A stretch of 64,000 bases of DNA, taken from the NCBI GenBank assembly GCA_963805855.1, contig CAWDVW010000002.1:384001-448000 (forward strand), given 5' to 3'. Below are positions 32,006 through 40,888 of this stretch, in pieces. Position 1 is the stretch's first letter, and each line of letters begins with the position of its first letter. The DNA comes from Candidatus Dadabacteria bacterium (GTDB lineage: Bacteria; Desulfobacterota_D; UBA1144; Nemesobacterales; CSP1-2). Below the pieces are notes generated by a model. It was given only the letters and a program-made list of their open reading frames with translations. It ran no database searches and had not been told where the DNA came from. A program made the position numbers and the translations under genes.

Positions 32006-33136
32006 ATGGATCCTAGATCCCTGAAAGTGGAGTTGCAGAGTTACGGCGTTAGAATTCCTGATACCAAAGATATAAGGAGGGGTGGAGCAGGACCTACGGG
32101 CGGATTACATCTAAAGATTCTTCCCGACAGTGAAGCGAACATTCCAGTGGTTGGAGGTTTCCTGGATTCCTCGCCCTATTATCTCGACCAGATTAATGGA
32201 GAGTACTGGGTGTTTCGAGATGATGTAGCTCTAGCTCAGGTCGAGCTGATGAAGGACGCTAATTTTTATAACCACAAAACGTCAAACGGAATTCCGATGC
32301 AGAAAATTGGGCTACTTCACTGCCCGACAACCTTCGCGACTACCCTTCTTCAGACCTGCGACTTCTGGGTAGATGAGCGGAGATGTAAGTTCTGCGGTAT
32401 CGAGCTTACACTTAAGGATAGGAGCACAGTTGGTTTCAAGAATGCAAAAAGCCTTGTTGAGACGATTTTGCTTGCCAGGGAACTAGATGGAGTTTCGAAT
32501 ATCGTTTTTACCTCGGGAGTTGCTCCGGATGAGGAAAAGGCATTACGAAAGTATGCCGAAATCTGTTCGGAAGTGAAGAGATTCACGGGTCTGCCAATAC
32601 AGCTTCAAATTATTCCCCCTGAGGATCTGACCTGGCTTAAAAGACTAAAGGAATCCGGAGTTGACGCCTTGGGGGTTCATATAGAGACATTTGACCCAGA
32701 TGTATTTGAAAACGTTACCCCTGGTAAAGCGAGAATTGGAGTTGACAAGTATGTGGAGACATGGAAGGAAGCGGTGAATGTTTTTGGCAGGTGGCAGGTA
32801 AGTACATATGTTTTAGTAGGGCTCGGGGAGAGGATAGAAACAATAATCGAAGGAGCGTCATTATGCGCTGATTTGGGAGTGTATCCCTTTATAGTCCCGT
32901 TCCGACCAATTGCCGGAACGCCAATGGAGAATGTAAAACCCCCAGAGCCAGAGATTATGAACTACGTTTATACAGAAGTCGCGAAGGTTCTCGCAAAATA
33001 CGATGGGGGGTCAAAGAGCAGCGGTGCGGGCTGTGTGAGCTGCGGAGAGTGCTCTGCACTTCCCGAGTTTGAAAGGGACTTCAAACCTAGCAATGTAAGT
33101 TTTAAAAAATTTATGAAATCAACTAAGGTAAGCTGA
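32006..33136 (+). CDS. Radical SAM protein, MSMEG_0568 / NitD-like
   Basis: RRGGAGP, CX8CX2C (CDFWVDERRCKFC), QVSTY...GLGE, VYPF.VPF.PI.GTP, C-terminal GCVSCGECS. Confidence 0.9.
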   Translation: MDPRSLKVELQSYGVRIPDTKDIRRGGAGPTGGLHLKILPDSEANIPVVGGFLDSSPYYLDQINGEYWVFRDDVALAQVELMKDANFYNHKTSNGIPMQKIGLLHCPTTFATTLLQTCDFWVDERRCKFCGIELTLKDRSTVGFKNAKSLVETILLARELDGVSNIVFTSGVAPDEEKALRKYAEICSEVKRFTGLPIQLQIIPPEDLTWLKRLKESGVDALGVHIETFDPDVFENVTPGKARIGVDKYVETWKEAVNVFGRWQVSTYVLVGLGERIETIIEGASLCADLGVYPFIVPFRPIAGTPMENVKPPEPEIMNYVYTEVAKVLAKYDGGSKSSGAGCVSCGECSALPEFERDFKPSNVSFKKFMKSTKVS

Positions 33137-33185
33137 TTTGTTCTGAAGACTTAATCGGCTAGTGAGCACATGGTAATCGAAGATC

Positions 33186-33213
33186 GTAGGGAACGCATAT
33201 ATGCGTTCCCTAC
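33186..33213. repeat. Perfect GTAG-ended palindrome (REP-like)
   Basis: GTAGGGAACGCATATATGCGTTCCCTAC. Confidence 0.85.
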
Positions 33214-33270
33214 TTTTACCTGTTGAGCAAATCAAAGTTGGATTTATGACTTGAGTGAGGTAACTATATA

Positions 33271-34647
33271 ATGGCTCAAAACAAGTTACGTATTATTGTT
33301 GTAGGAGGAGGCGCCGGTGGGATTTCGTCTGCCTCAACCTCCAAGGTTATCGCCCCGGATTCCAAAGTTACTCTATTCACAGAATATGAAGATGTAGCCT
33401 ACAGTCCGTGCGGTATCCCTTTCGTACATGGAAGAGAAATTCCAGATTTCAAAAATCTGTTTCTCCAGACCTCAGAGCACTATGCAGAGGTAGGGATTGA
33501 TCTAAAACTCGAAACTACTGTTACGGGCATAGATGTAAAAGATAGGACTGTCAACGTCGGTTCAGATGTCTTCGAATGGGATAGGCTGATTCTCGCAACC
33601 GGTTTTGAATATGAAAAGCCGGAAATTCCAGGTGTGGGACTCCAAGGGCTTCACTATGTTAAGAACATCCGTAGCGCAATGGAATTTGACAAGGTTCTTG
33701 ATCAGCTAAAGAAGGCCGTTGTAATGTCTGCAACTCCTCTAGGTATTGAAATGACCGGGGCTCTCGCCCAGAGGGGTCTCGAGACTCATCTTGTGGAGGA
33801 GGGTGCATGGATAATGTCTGATGTGGCTGATCCTGATATAGTCGAACCAGTACAGCAGTCTCTCGAAGAGCTCGGTGCAAAACTCCACTTTGGCACTAAG
33901 GTCTTGGAGTTTAAAGGCTCTAATGGAAAGGTAACATCTGTAGTTACAAACAATGGCGACATCGACTGCGATGTTGTAATCGTCGCAACTCATAAGGTGC
34001 CAAACAACAGACTCGCTAAGGCTGCAGGCTTAGACATTGGAGCAAGCGGGGGAATCCTCGTAGATGATCATATGCGCACATCCGTCAAAGATGTCTATGC
34101 AGCAGGAGATTGCATAGAAGTCGTCCATGGCGTAACTGATTTACCAATACAGGGCCTTTCCGGGAGCCACGCCTATTCTCAGGGAAGGGTTGCAGGTGCT
34201 AACGCCGCGGGTGATGACCGGGCTTATGATCCGGTCTACATACCCTGGGGTATGGTAGGAGGGCACGTTCAGTTAGGGGGTGTTTCCCTTGGCGAAACGC
34301 TTCATAAGGCTTTAGGAATTCCTCACTTCGTTGCCTTTGCTCAAGGAATATCCAGAGCCAGATACTATCCGGGAGTTAGCAGAATACGTGTTAAGCTCAT
34401 CGCTGATCCGAAAACACTTCGAGTCATGGGTGCGCAGATGTCGGGCGGCGAGGGAATAAAGGAACGAGCAGACTTCCTCGCATTCACGATCAAACGCGGA
34501 GCCACACTGCATGACTATGCCTGGATGGAAAATGTTTATTCACCCCCGATTGGAGCGCTGATGGAGCCAATAGCGCTCGCAGCCCAAGCGGGACTGGCAG
34601 AATTGGCAAAGAGAAGATACGAAGCCCCCGAATTTGCCGGTACATAG
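33271..34647 (+). CDS. FAD-dependent pyridine nucleotide-disulfide oxidoreductase (CoA-disulfide reductase / NADH oxidase family)
   Basis: GGGAGG FAD motif, YSPCGIP single redox Cys, LATG, YAAGDC, YSPP dimerisation motif. Confidence 0.88.
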   Translation: MAQNKLRIIVVGGGAGGISSASTSKVIAPDSKVTLFTEYEDVAYSPCGIPFVHGREIPDFKNLFLQTSEHYAEVGIDLKLETTVTGIDVKDRTVNVGSDVFEWDRLILATGFEYEKPEIPGVGLQGLHYVKNIRSAMEFDKVLDQLKKAVVMSATPLGIEMTGALAQRGLETHLVEEGAWIMSDVADPDIVEPVQQSLEELGAKLHFGTKVLEFKGSNGKVTSVVTNNGDIDCDVVIVATHKVPNNRLAKAAGLDIGASGGILVDDHMRTSVKDVYAAGDCIEVVHGVTDLPIQGLSGSHAYSQGRVAGANAAGDDRAYDPVYIPWGMVGGHVQLGGVSLGETLHKALGIPHFVAFAQGISRARYYPGVSRIRVKLIADPKTLRVMGAQMSGGEGIKERADFLAFTIKRGATLHDYAWMENVYSPPIGALMEPIALAAQAGLAELAKRRYEAPEFAGT

Positions 34648-34663
34648 ACAAGAGGTAACAAAA

Positions 34664-34924
34664 TTGGCAGAAAATAAGTCGTTCAGTCAATGGTTGAGAA
34701 AAAACGCTGAAAAGTACCTGCTGGAGGCAGCGGCTGATGATCTAATAGCCCGCTATCCCAATCTTTGTGCAAAGCCTTACCGCGAAGAAGGGCTTGGTCC
34801 ACTTTTTTGGAGGAAGGTATTCGTTCCACTCTATACCTCTATTCCCTGGAGCGTACGTAAAAAAATTATTCTTCTTACCTCATACCCTGGTGGAAAACGC
34901 CCGCACTGGAAGAGTTTTACTTAA
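34664..34924 (+). CDS. Small hypothetical protein inside the cluster
   Basis: TTG start after AGAGGT; tightly packed between flanking co-directional genes. Confidence 0.7.
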   Translation: MAENKSFSQWLRKNAEKYLLEAAADDLIARYPNLCAKPYREEGLGPLFWRKVFVPLYTSIPWSVRKKIILLTSYPGGKRPHWKSFT

Positions 34925-34929
34925 TTCCG

Positions 34930-35910
34930 ATGCTATTAATTGCAGAATCCGTAGGTTATAAGGCCAAGAAGGCCCTACAGAATCCCGGCACAAAATCTAA
35001 GATACATAGCGTATTCGATCATGCGTTTTATATAGAAGTTAATGAGAACAAATTGATTAATGTCATAACGACTATATCGTACATGAGTTCAACCTCTGTT
35101 CTGATAAAGAATACAAAAATGAAGAGTTTTAAACTATTGAATATTAAAAAAGGTATGCAAGTTACCTTAGACGATCGTCATATTGTGATCGGAGACAGTC
35201 TTGCAGCTATAAAACTTGATGGCTCCTCCACATATTCAAAACCCCCAGTCCCAAAAAAGGAATCAATAGAAAGTTTAGGTATGATAAGTTTGAATCTCAG
35301 GGTGCTTCGAGATGAAATATATAAATGCAGGAGCAGGGACGGTCTGGTCGATGTGTTAGAAAAGGTGGAAGTCACGGGCCCGCTCAACCTTTTTCTAAAA
35401 CCTCAAGAGATAAACCTTTCAGAGAGAGCAAGGCCTTATATTGAAAGGCTAATGTGGGGCCTCCACTGGGGCAATCCCGAGATGGTATTATCGAATGCGC
35501 AGTTGCTTCTAGGATTAGGCCCGGGACTAACACCTTCATGTGATGACTTTTTAGCAGGTTTGCTAATGAGTTTAAACTTCGCGGGCAAAGCTATCTTAAA
35601 AGATATTAAGCAGGAAACGGAGTTTTATAAGCTGATTTCTAACCAAATCTACAGGTCCGCAAAATCAAAAACAACTATATACAGCCTAAATAATTTAGAA
35701 GGTGCTTGTCATGGTGAAGGACCTAATGCAGCTGTGGATTTAATGCTCAGTCTACTAACAAAGGATGCAAATCAAGTTGCAAAGTGTACTCGTATCGTGC
35801 TGAAGATCGGAGAGACAACGGGCGCCGATATCGCAATTGGAGTTTACTATGGAATACGTTATTTGATTTCGCGATTAGAAGGTATAGAAGGCTATGATGA
35901 GATCGCTTAA
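34930..35910 (+). CDS. DUF2877 / YlbF (AllH)-like protein
   Basis: IHSVF, LLGLGPGLTPSCDDFLAG, TT.YS, IGETTGADI..G motifs. Confidence 0.88.
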   Translation: MLLIAESVGYKAKKALQNPGTKSKIHSVFDHAFYIEVNENKLINVITTISYMSSTSVLIKNTKMKSFKLLNIKKGMQVTLDDRHIVIGDSLAAIKLDGSSTYSKPPVPKKESIESLGMISLNLRVLRDEIYKCRSRDGLVDVLEKVEVTGPLNLFLKPQEINLSERARPYIERLMWGLHWGNPEMVLSNAQLLLGLGPGLTPSCDDFLAGLLMSLNFAGKAILKDIKQETEFYKLISNQIYRSAKSKTTIYSLNNLEGACHGEGPNAAVDLMLSLLTKDANQVAKCTRIVLKIGETTGADIAIGVYYGIRYLISRLEGIEGYDEIA

Positions 35911-37078
35911 GATAGCCTTATTTACATATTCAACTAAGCCGAGAGGAGGCGTCGTACATACGCTCAGATTGGCCGAGGAATTAATCGGTCTAAAACATGA
36001 CGTACATGTTTATACCCTATCCACCGGGAATGGTTTTTATAGAAACGTAGACGTTCCCCATACACTTATCCCCTGCCCGGTGGTGAACTATCCAAGCATC
36101 GATGAAAAGATAGAAAGCTACATCCGAATCTACTACGAATATCTCTCGTCCGTAAGAGATCTTTACGATATCTACCACGCTGAGGATTGTATCTCAGCAA
36201 ATGCACTATTAGAACTGCGCGATAACGGATTTATCAAGTCGTTTGTAAGGACCGTCCATCACCTGGATGATTTCACTTCTAAATCCTTGATTGAATGCCA
36301 GTCGAAAAGTATATTGAAACCGGATTTTGTTATGGTTGTTAGCAGATACTGGGAAAGAGAACTGCGCTCGCTATACTCCTTAAACCCTATACTAACTCAA
36401 AATGGAGTGGATCTCGACAGGTTTTCAAAAGCTAAAGGAGACAAATATTCAAAAGAGTTAGCGAAAAATAGGTTTTCGGTCAATGGTTACAGGGTAATTT
36501 TGAGTATAGGGGGAATCGAACCCCGGAAGAATACGTTAACCACGCTCAGGGCGTTTAACATTGCAAGATCGCATTTTATGAAAAAGGGTGAGCGGGTGAT
36601 ATGGTTAATCGGAGGCGGAGAAACACTCTTTGATTACAGGGCATATCGCGAGGAATTCTTTTCTCAAGTCGAGAGGCTAGGACTCAAAATGGATCAAGAC
36701 ATAAGAGTTCTTGGGAATATACCAGAAGTGAATATGCCATACCTTTACGACGCGGGAGATATATTTGTATTTCCGTCCCTCAAAGAAGGATGGGGACTCG
36801 TGGTGCTTGAGGCCATGGCATCAGGAGTTCCGGTTATCGCTTCCAATATTGAACCGCTGACCGAGTATTTAAAGGATAGTGAGAACGCTGTTCTTATTCC
36901 TCCCATGGACCATGAAGCTCTGGCTCAAAAGATAATAAGTGTTTTGGAAAACGAAGACCTTCGAGAAAAACTGGCAACAAATGGACTGAGAACTGCCAAC
37001 TCCTATAGCTGGAGCAAGACAGCGTTAATGCACTCGGAGTTTTACCACCGAATTTCCAGACCCGTCATACCAGTTTAA
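35894..37078 (+). CDS. GT4 glycosyltransferase, MSMEG_0565 family
   Basis: TYSTKPRGGVVHT, HAEDCISANAL, RTVHH, GGIEPRKN, GGETLFDY, EGWGLVVLEAMASG. Confidence 0.92.
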   Translation: MMRSLKIALFTYSTKPRGGVVHTLRLAEELIGLKHDVHVYTLSTGNGFYRNVDVPHTLIPCPVVNYPSIDEKIESYIRIYYEYLSSVRDLYDIYHAEDCISANALLELRDNGFIKSFVRTVHHLDDFTSKSLIECQSKSILKPDFVMVVSRYWERELRSLYSLNPILTQNGVDLDRFSKAKGDKYSKELAKNRFSVNGYRVILSIGGIEPRKNTLTTLRAFNIARSHFMKKGERVIWLIGGGETLFDYRAYREEFFSQVERLGLKMDQDIRVLGNIPEVNMPYLYDAGDIFVFPSLKEGWGLVVLEAMASGVPVIASNIEPLTEYLKDSENAVLIPPMDHEALAQKIISVLENEDLREKLATNGLRTANSYSWSKTALMHSEFYHRISRPVIPV

Positions 37079-37237
37079 TCTTCTGGCTAAAATGTGAGGT
37101 AACGAATCTCGCGTGGAACGAGATAAATGGCATCGACTTCTACGGATGGCCTCCATTCTTTATAGCCCGGCCATCAAGAATATCTCGCCGACCGTGTATA
37201 AGACTGCACCTCCATTTAGCGGATGCGCATTAACCAG

Positions 37238-37684
37238 CTAGGAAGCTGCGATCTGCTGCATCGACCAGATTAGCGCGAGTACTTCTGTGACATTGACAGG
37301 CGGTCCGCCGCCGATATCTGCCGCGTGGACCTCAATGGTCTCACCGAATATGTTGTAAACGTGGCGCTCCCCAACCCCGCTCAGGCTGTCGCTGACCAGA
37401 TCTATGGCTCGCTCAGCATCTGAAAAGTCCTCGTGCCAGGAGTTAAATGCAACTAAGTCCCTTGTCGTCACATGCTGAACAATTGCTCGAGCCCTGTATT
37501 TATTTTGATCAACTACCCATTCGATCGTTGAAAATGGCCATAGCTGATACACGGTCACACCCGGTTGAAGATTGTAATTTTTCTTCTCACCGATAACTCC
37601 AACGGAAAACCTCAAACCACCTATCGCAAGCTCGGTGCCTGGGATGATCTTAGGTGGCTTTCGTGCGGGATTCTTTTTTTTCAT
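37238..37684 (-). CDS. Hypothetical protein inserted antisense within the cluster
   Basis: 148-aa ORF with AAGGAGG RBS; no motif recognised. Confidence 0.6.
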   Translation of the reverse strand: MKKKNPARKPPKIIPGTELAIGGLRFSVGVIGEKKNYNLQPGVTVYQLWPFSTIEWVVDQNKYRARAIVQHVTTRDLVAFNSWHEDFSDAERAIDLVSDSLSGVGERHVYNIFGETIEVHAADIGGGPPVNVTEVLALIWSMQQIAAS

Positions 37685-38311
37685 ATCGACCCTCCTTAAA
37701 GATCGGTGTTGTTCCGATCAATGACGTTGTAAAATATGAACAAATGGTTGCGCATCCACGTTTTAAAGAACACTAATCAATAACTCTTTCAGCAAGCTGC
37801 AGAGAATCTTCGAGTTAACACGCTTAGGACATTCATCATCTATTTCAAGTTTAATCAAACACTAGTTCTCAAGTCAATAGGGAAAGTAAAATAGTGGAAA
37901 ACCCGCTGAAGAAGAATATTCTTATTATATAGAAAGAGCAGTTAGTCAAACAACCTAATTAATATTTACCGTTCAACAGGCTCGCGGCTCGGTGTGAAAG
38001 GATTTATACACTCTTAATATTATAATGTAAGTCCAGACCGTACATCCTGAGTCGAGTCGAAGGATGATATCTAAGAAATTAAATCTGAGAAAATCGCCCT
38101 TCAATCATGTCCTTCAACAGGCTCAGGACGAACGGGTTTTTGACCACGCTCAGTAAGTTTCTTTTTCTTTAAAATAAAGCTACTGATTGACCGGATTCGG
38201 CATCACGGCTAAACTAGAACGAGCATTTAGGTTAGAATTAAGTAAAAATCATGTACTTAACGATTGTTCTTATTGATTGAGGCTAATAAACGAGTTCTAT
38301 GGTGAAACTTC

Positions 38312-38761
38312 ATGGAAGTTCAGGCTGTCTGGAAAAGAAATTATCAGGTCGAGGTAAAGGCAAGGCAATTCAACGTACCCATAGATGAAGCGCCGGAGTT
38401 CAATGGTGAGGACACAGGTATGATGCCGACTGAACTATTCCTCTGCTCGCTAGCTTCTTGCTATTGTCTTTCTCTCGTATATGTTGCTAAAAAAAAACAA
38501 TTGAAGCTTAAGGATATGCGGGTGAATGTAATAGGCAAAAAGGACAAAAAACATTTCACGTTCTCAAGACTGATCGTAGAGGTTGAGAGTTCGTTACCAT
38601 CACGGGATATAGAAGAAATTATCGATCCTGCGATAAAATATTGCTATGTGAGTAATACGGTGTCCAAATCATGTCCGATTGAATACGTAGTTAGTAAGAA
38701 GACAGGGGACAGAATGCAGGAGACAGGAGACAGGAGAAAAAAATCTCTTCGTAACTTGTAA
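38312..38761 (+). CDS. OsmC-family protein
   Basis: D.P...GED.G..P.ELFL.SLASC and KYC.VSNT motifs; C-terminal tail is repeat-derived. Confidence 0.88.
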   Translation: MEVQAVWKRNYQVEVKARQFNVPIDEAPEFNGEDTGMMPTELFLCSLASCYCLSLVYVAKKKQLKLKDMRVNVIGKKDKKHFTFSRLIVEVESSLPSRDIEEIIDPAIKYCYVSNTVSKSCPIEYVVSKKTGDRMQETGDRRKKSLRNL

Positions 38762-38797
38762 CTTGTGTATTCTGAATACTTTTGGAGGAGAAATATC

Positions 38798-39256
38798 TTG
38801 GCGATAAAGTTCAAAATCAAAAAAGGCTATTTTCAAGATGCGCTGCGTTTGATGCGAATTTCCAAGAATATAAGTGACATCGAAGGAGTCGAAAAGGCCG
38901 TTGCAGTAATGGCCACGGAAAAGGCCAAATTTGCGCTGAAAGACGCCGGTCTGATGACCGCAGAAATAAATGAGGCAAGTGGAAGCGATCTGGCGATGGT
39001 CGTCCAGGGTAAATCTGTAGAAATTGCAGAGAAAACGTTAGAAAAGATGGAAGAGATGGTATCCTCGGGTGGTGCTCAGGCCAGGAGGCCGTCCTCATCT
39101 AATATACTTAACGATGAGATTCAAGCCATAAATATCGGACTTGAGACCTTTAAGGACGCATTAGAAGCTCAGGGGGTAAAGGTAAAGCACGTCGACTGGC
39201 AAGTCCCCGCAAAGGGAGACGTGAAATTAATAAACATTCTGAAGAAGTTATATTAA
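38798..39256 (+). CDS. Second FdrA-related protein: FdrA N-terminal domain fused to the FdrA C-terminal domain
   Basis: YFQDALRLM...VMATE resembles the N-terminus of 27698; C-terminal INIGLETF..AL..QGV.V.HVDW..PA.G; TTG start after GGAGG. Confidence 0.8.
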   Translation: MAIKFKIKKGYFQDALRLMRISKNISDIEGVEKAVAVMATEKAKFALKDAGLMTAEINEASGSDLAMVVQGKSVEIAEKTLEKMEEMVSSGGAQARRPSSSNILNDEIQAINIGLETFKDALEAQGVKVKHVDWQVPAKGDVKLINILKKLY

Positions 39257-39283
39257 TTTTTGAACCACGACGAGAAAATACTA

Positions 39284-39352
39284 AGAATTCAGAAGGCAGA
39301 AGTCAGAATTCAGAAGAAAAAATTTTGGCACATGGATTCTGACTTCCAAATC
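39284..39352. repeat. Heptamer (AGAANTC-type) inverted-repeat element
   Basis: AGAATTC AGAAGGC AGAAGTC AGAATTC ... GATTCT GACTTCC. Confidence 0.65.
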
Positions 39353-39387
39353 CTAGTTAAAGCTTTGGCGCCGCTGCGGTATAAATA

Positions 39388-39954
39388 ATGAGCATTAGAA
39401 ATCCTGAGAGATTAAGAGAGGTTCTGTCTAACCCTAAGGGGCTTGCACGGGCGTTTAGCCGTCACACCTATGGGATGCTTTCCTGGGTGGATTTGTTCGG
39501 AGCAAAGTTAAAGTCAATAAGAGGGATCGAAATGAAGCTGATCACGTCTAGGATAATTGCCGACAATGCGAAGCACGCGAAGCTCTTTTCCGAAAGAGCC
39601 AGAGAACTGGGCGAGAATCCTGAAAAATATAAGCCGCCTCAAATCGGGCAAAAGATATATGATATCCTCGAATCCTATACCGATCCAATTGACGAATTTG
39701 CTTACGCCTGGGGATCCCTGATACATTTTTCTGCCTTACTAGAGATATATCGCAGCGTCGCAGATCCAAGGAGTCGAGAAATAATTGAGGAGATTCAAAG
39801 GGATGTTAAAGAGCACTTAACCGTACTTGAGAGATATTTTGAAAAAGAATTACTCACACCTGAAAGGCAAAAACGCGCCGAAGAGGTTAAAATGATAGCT
39901 GACAAAATCTACACCGATAGAGAAGATGAGGAGATAATTTGGTATGCAGCATAG
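39388..39954 (+). CDS. Ferritin-like four-helix protein with atypical metal-ligand motifs
   Basis: I.AD-NAKH...R..ELG and I..D-VKEH helix pattern of the ferritin-like fold. Confidence 0.6.
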   Translation: MSIRNPERLREVLSNPKGLARAFSRHTYGMLSWVDLFGAKLKSIRGIEMKLITSRIIADNAKHAKLFSERARELGENPEKYKPPQIGQKIYDILESYTDPIDEFAYAWGSLIHFSALLEIYRSVADPRSREIIEEIQRDVKEHLTVLERYFEKELLTPERQKRAEEVKMIADKIYTDREDEEIIWYAA

Positions 39955-40798
39955 GTTGACGCCAACTTTGGAGGAGTTGCTTACAAACCTGCCCTTCTAT
40001 AGTCCAAGGAGATGGTATTTTGACTTGGCTTCTCTTTTTCTAAGGTCAATCGGGACGTGTTCCGAAGGGATAAAACTAGGGTTTAAACATGGTTTCGATT
40101 CAGGAATGATCATGAACTATATTTACAATAATACGCCGACTGGTAGATTCTACGTGGGTAAACTCATAGACAGCATTTTTTTAAATCAGATTACCTGCAA
40201 GGCTTTCAGAGCGACAAAAGATATACAGAAGAATATGATCAAGGATTACATTCAAGAGAGAAATGGCAACTCGACCTTTGTAGTTGATTTGGCATCGGGA
40301 AAGGCCGACTACGTCTACGACGTTCTCCGTGACACTGACGCATCTGTTAAGGTTCTTCTTCGTGACATTGATAAAAGCGCGTTAATGGAAAGCAGAGAAA
40401 TCGCTAAAAATTTTGATTTAGAAAACGTTGTTAGCTATGAACTTGCAAATGCTCTCGACTCTCACAGTCTGAGCAGGATTAGTCCGAAACCCAATCTTGT
40501 AATCGAGGTAGGACTTTATGGAATTATCCACGATGACGAGCAAATAAGATCGCATCTCAAGGACCTTAAAAATATACTTGATCCAGATGCAGTTCTTTTT
40601 AACGTTCAAACGTACAATCCCCAGATCGAACTGATAGCTAGGACGCTTAAGAATCAAGCTGGAGAAAGATGCGTATGGCATCTACGTTCTGCAGGTCTTG
40701 TGATAGATTGGGCAGAGGAGGCCGGATTCAAAGATCCGAATGTCATCATGGATCCATATGGAATTTACGCGGTTGTCATGATGAGAAACGGCAATTAA
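39944..40798 (+). CDS. Class I SAM-dependent methyltransferase
   Basis: GFKHGFDSG, VVDLASGKADYV motif I, acidic RDID motif II, PQIELIAR. Confidence 0.8.
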   Translation: MQHRLTPTLEELLTNLPFYSPRRWYFDLASLFLRSIGTCSEGIKLGFKHGFDSGMIMNYIYNNTPTGRFYVGKLIDSIFLNQITCKAFRATKDIQKNMIKDYIQERNGNSTFVVDLASGKADYVYDVLRDTDASVKVLLRDIDKSALMESREIAKNFDLENVVSYELANALDSHSLSRISPKPNLVIEVGLYGIIHDDEQIRSHLKDLKNILDPDAVLFNVQTYNPQIELIARTLKNQAGERCVWHLRSAGLVIDWAEEAGFKDPNVIMDPYGIYAVVMMRNGN

Positions 40799-40809
40799 GA
40801 AGAAATTCC

Positions 40810-40867
40810 AGCCACAGAGTTCACTGAGAAAAAAATATTTAAGTAAATACTCTGTGTCCTCTGTGGC
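40810..40867. repeat. 9-mer-type inverted repeat (GCCACAGAG...CTCTGTGGC)
   Basis: GCCACAGAGTTCACTGAG ... CTCTGTGTCCTCTGTGGC. Confidence 0.75.
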
Positions 40868-40888
40868 TAAAGAATAAAGGAGATCAAG

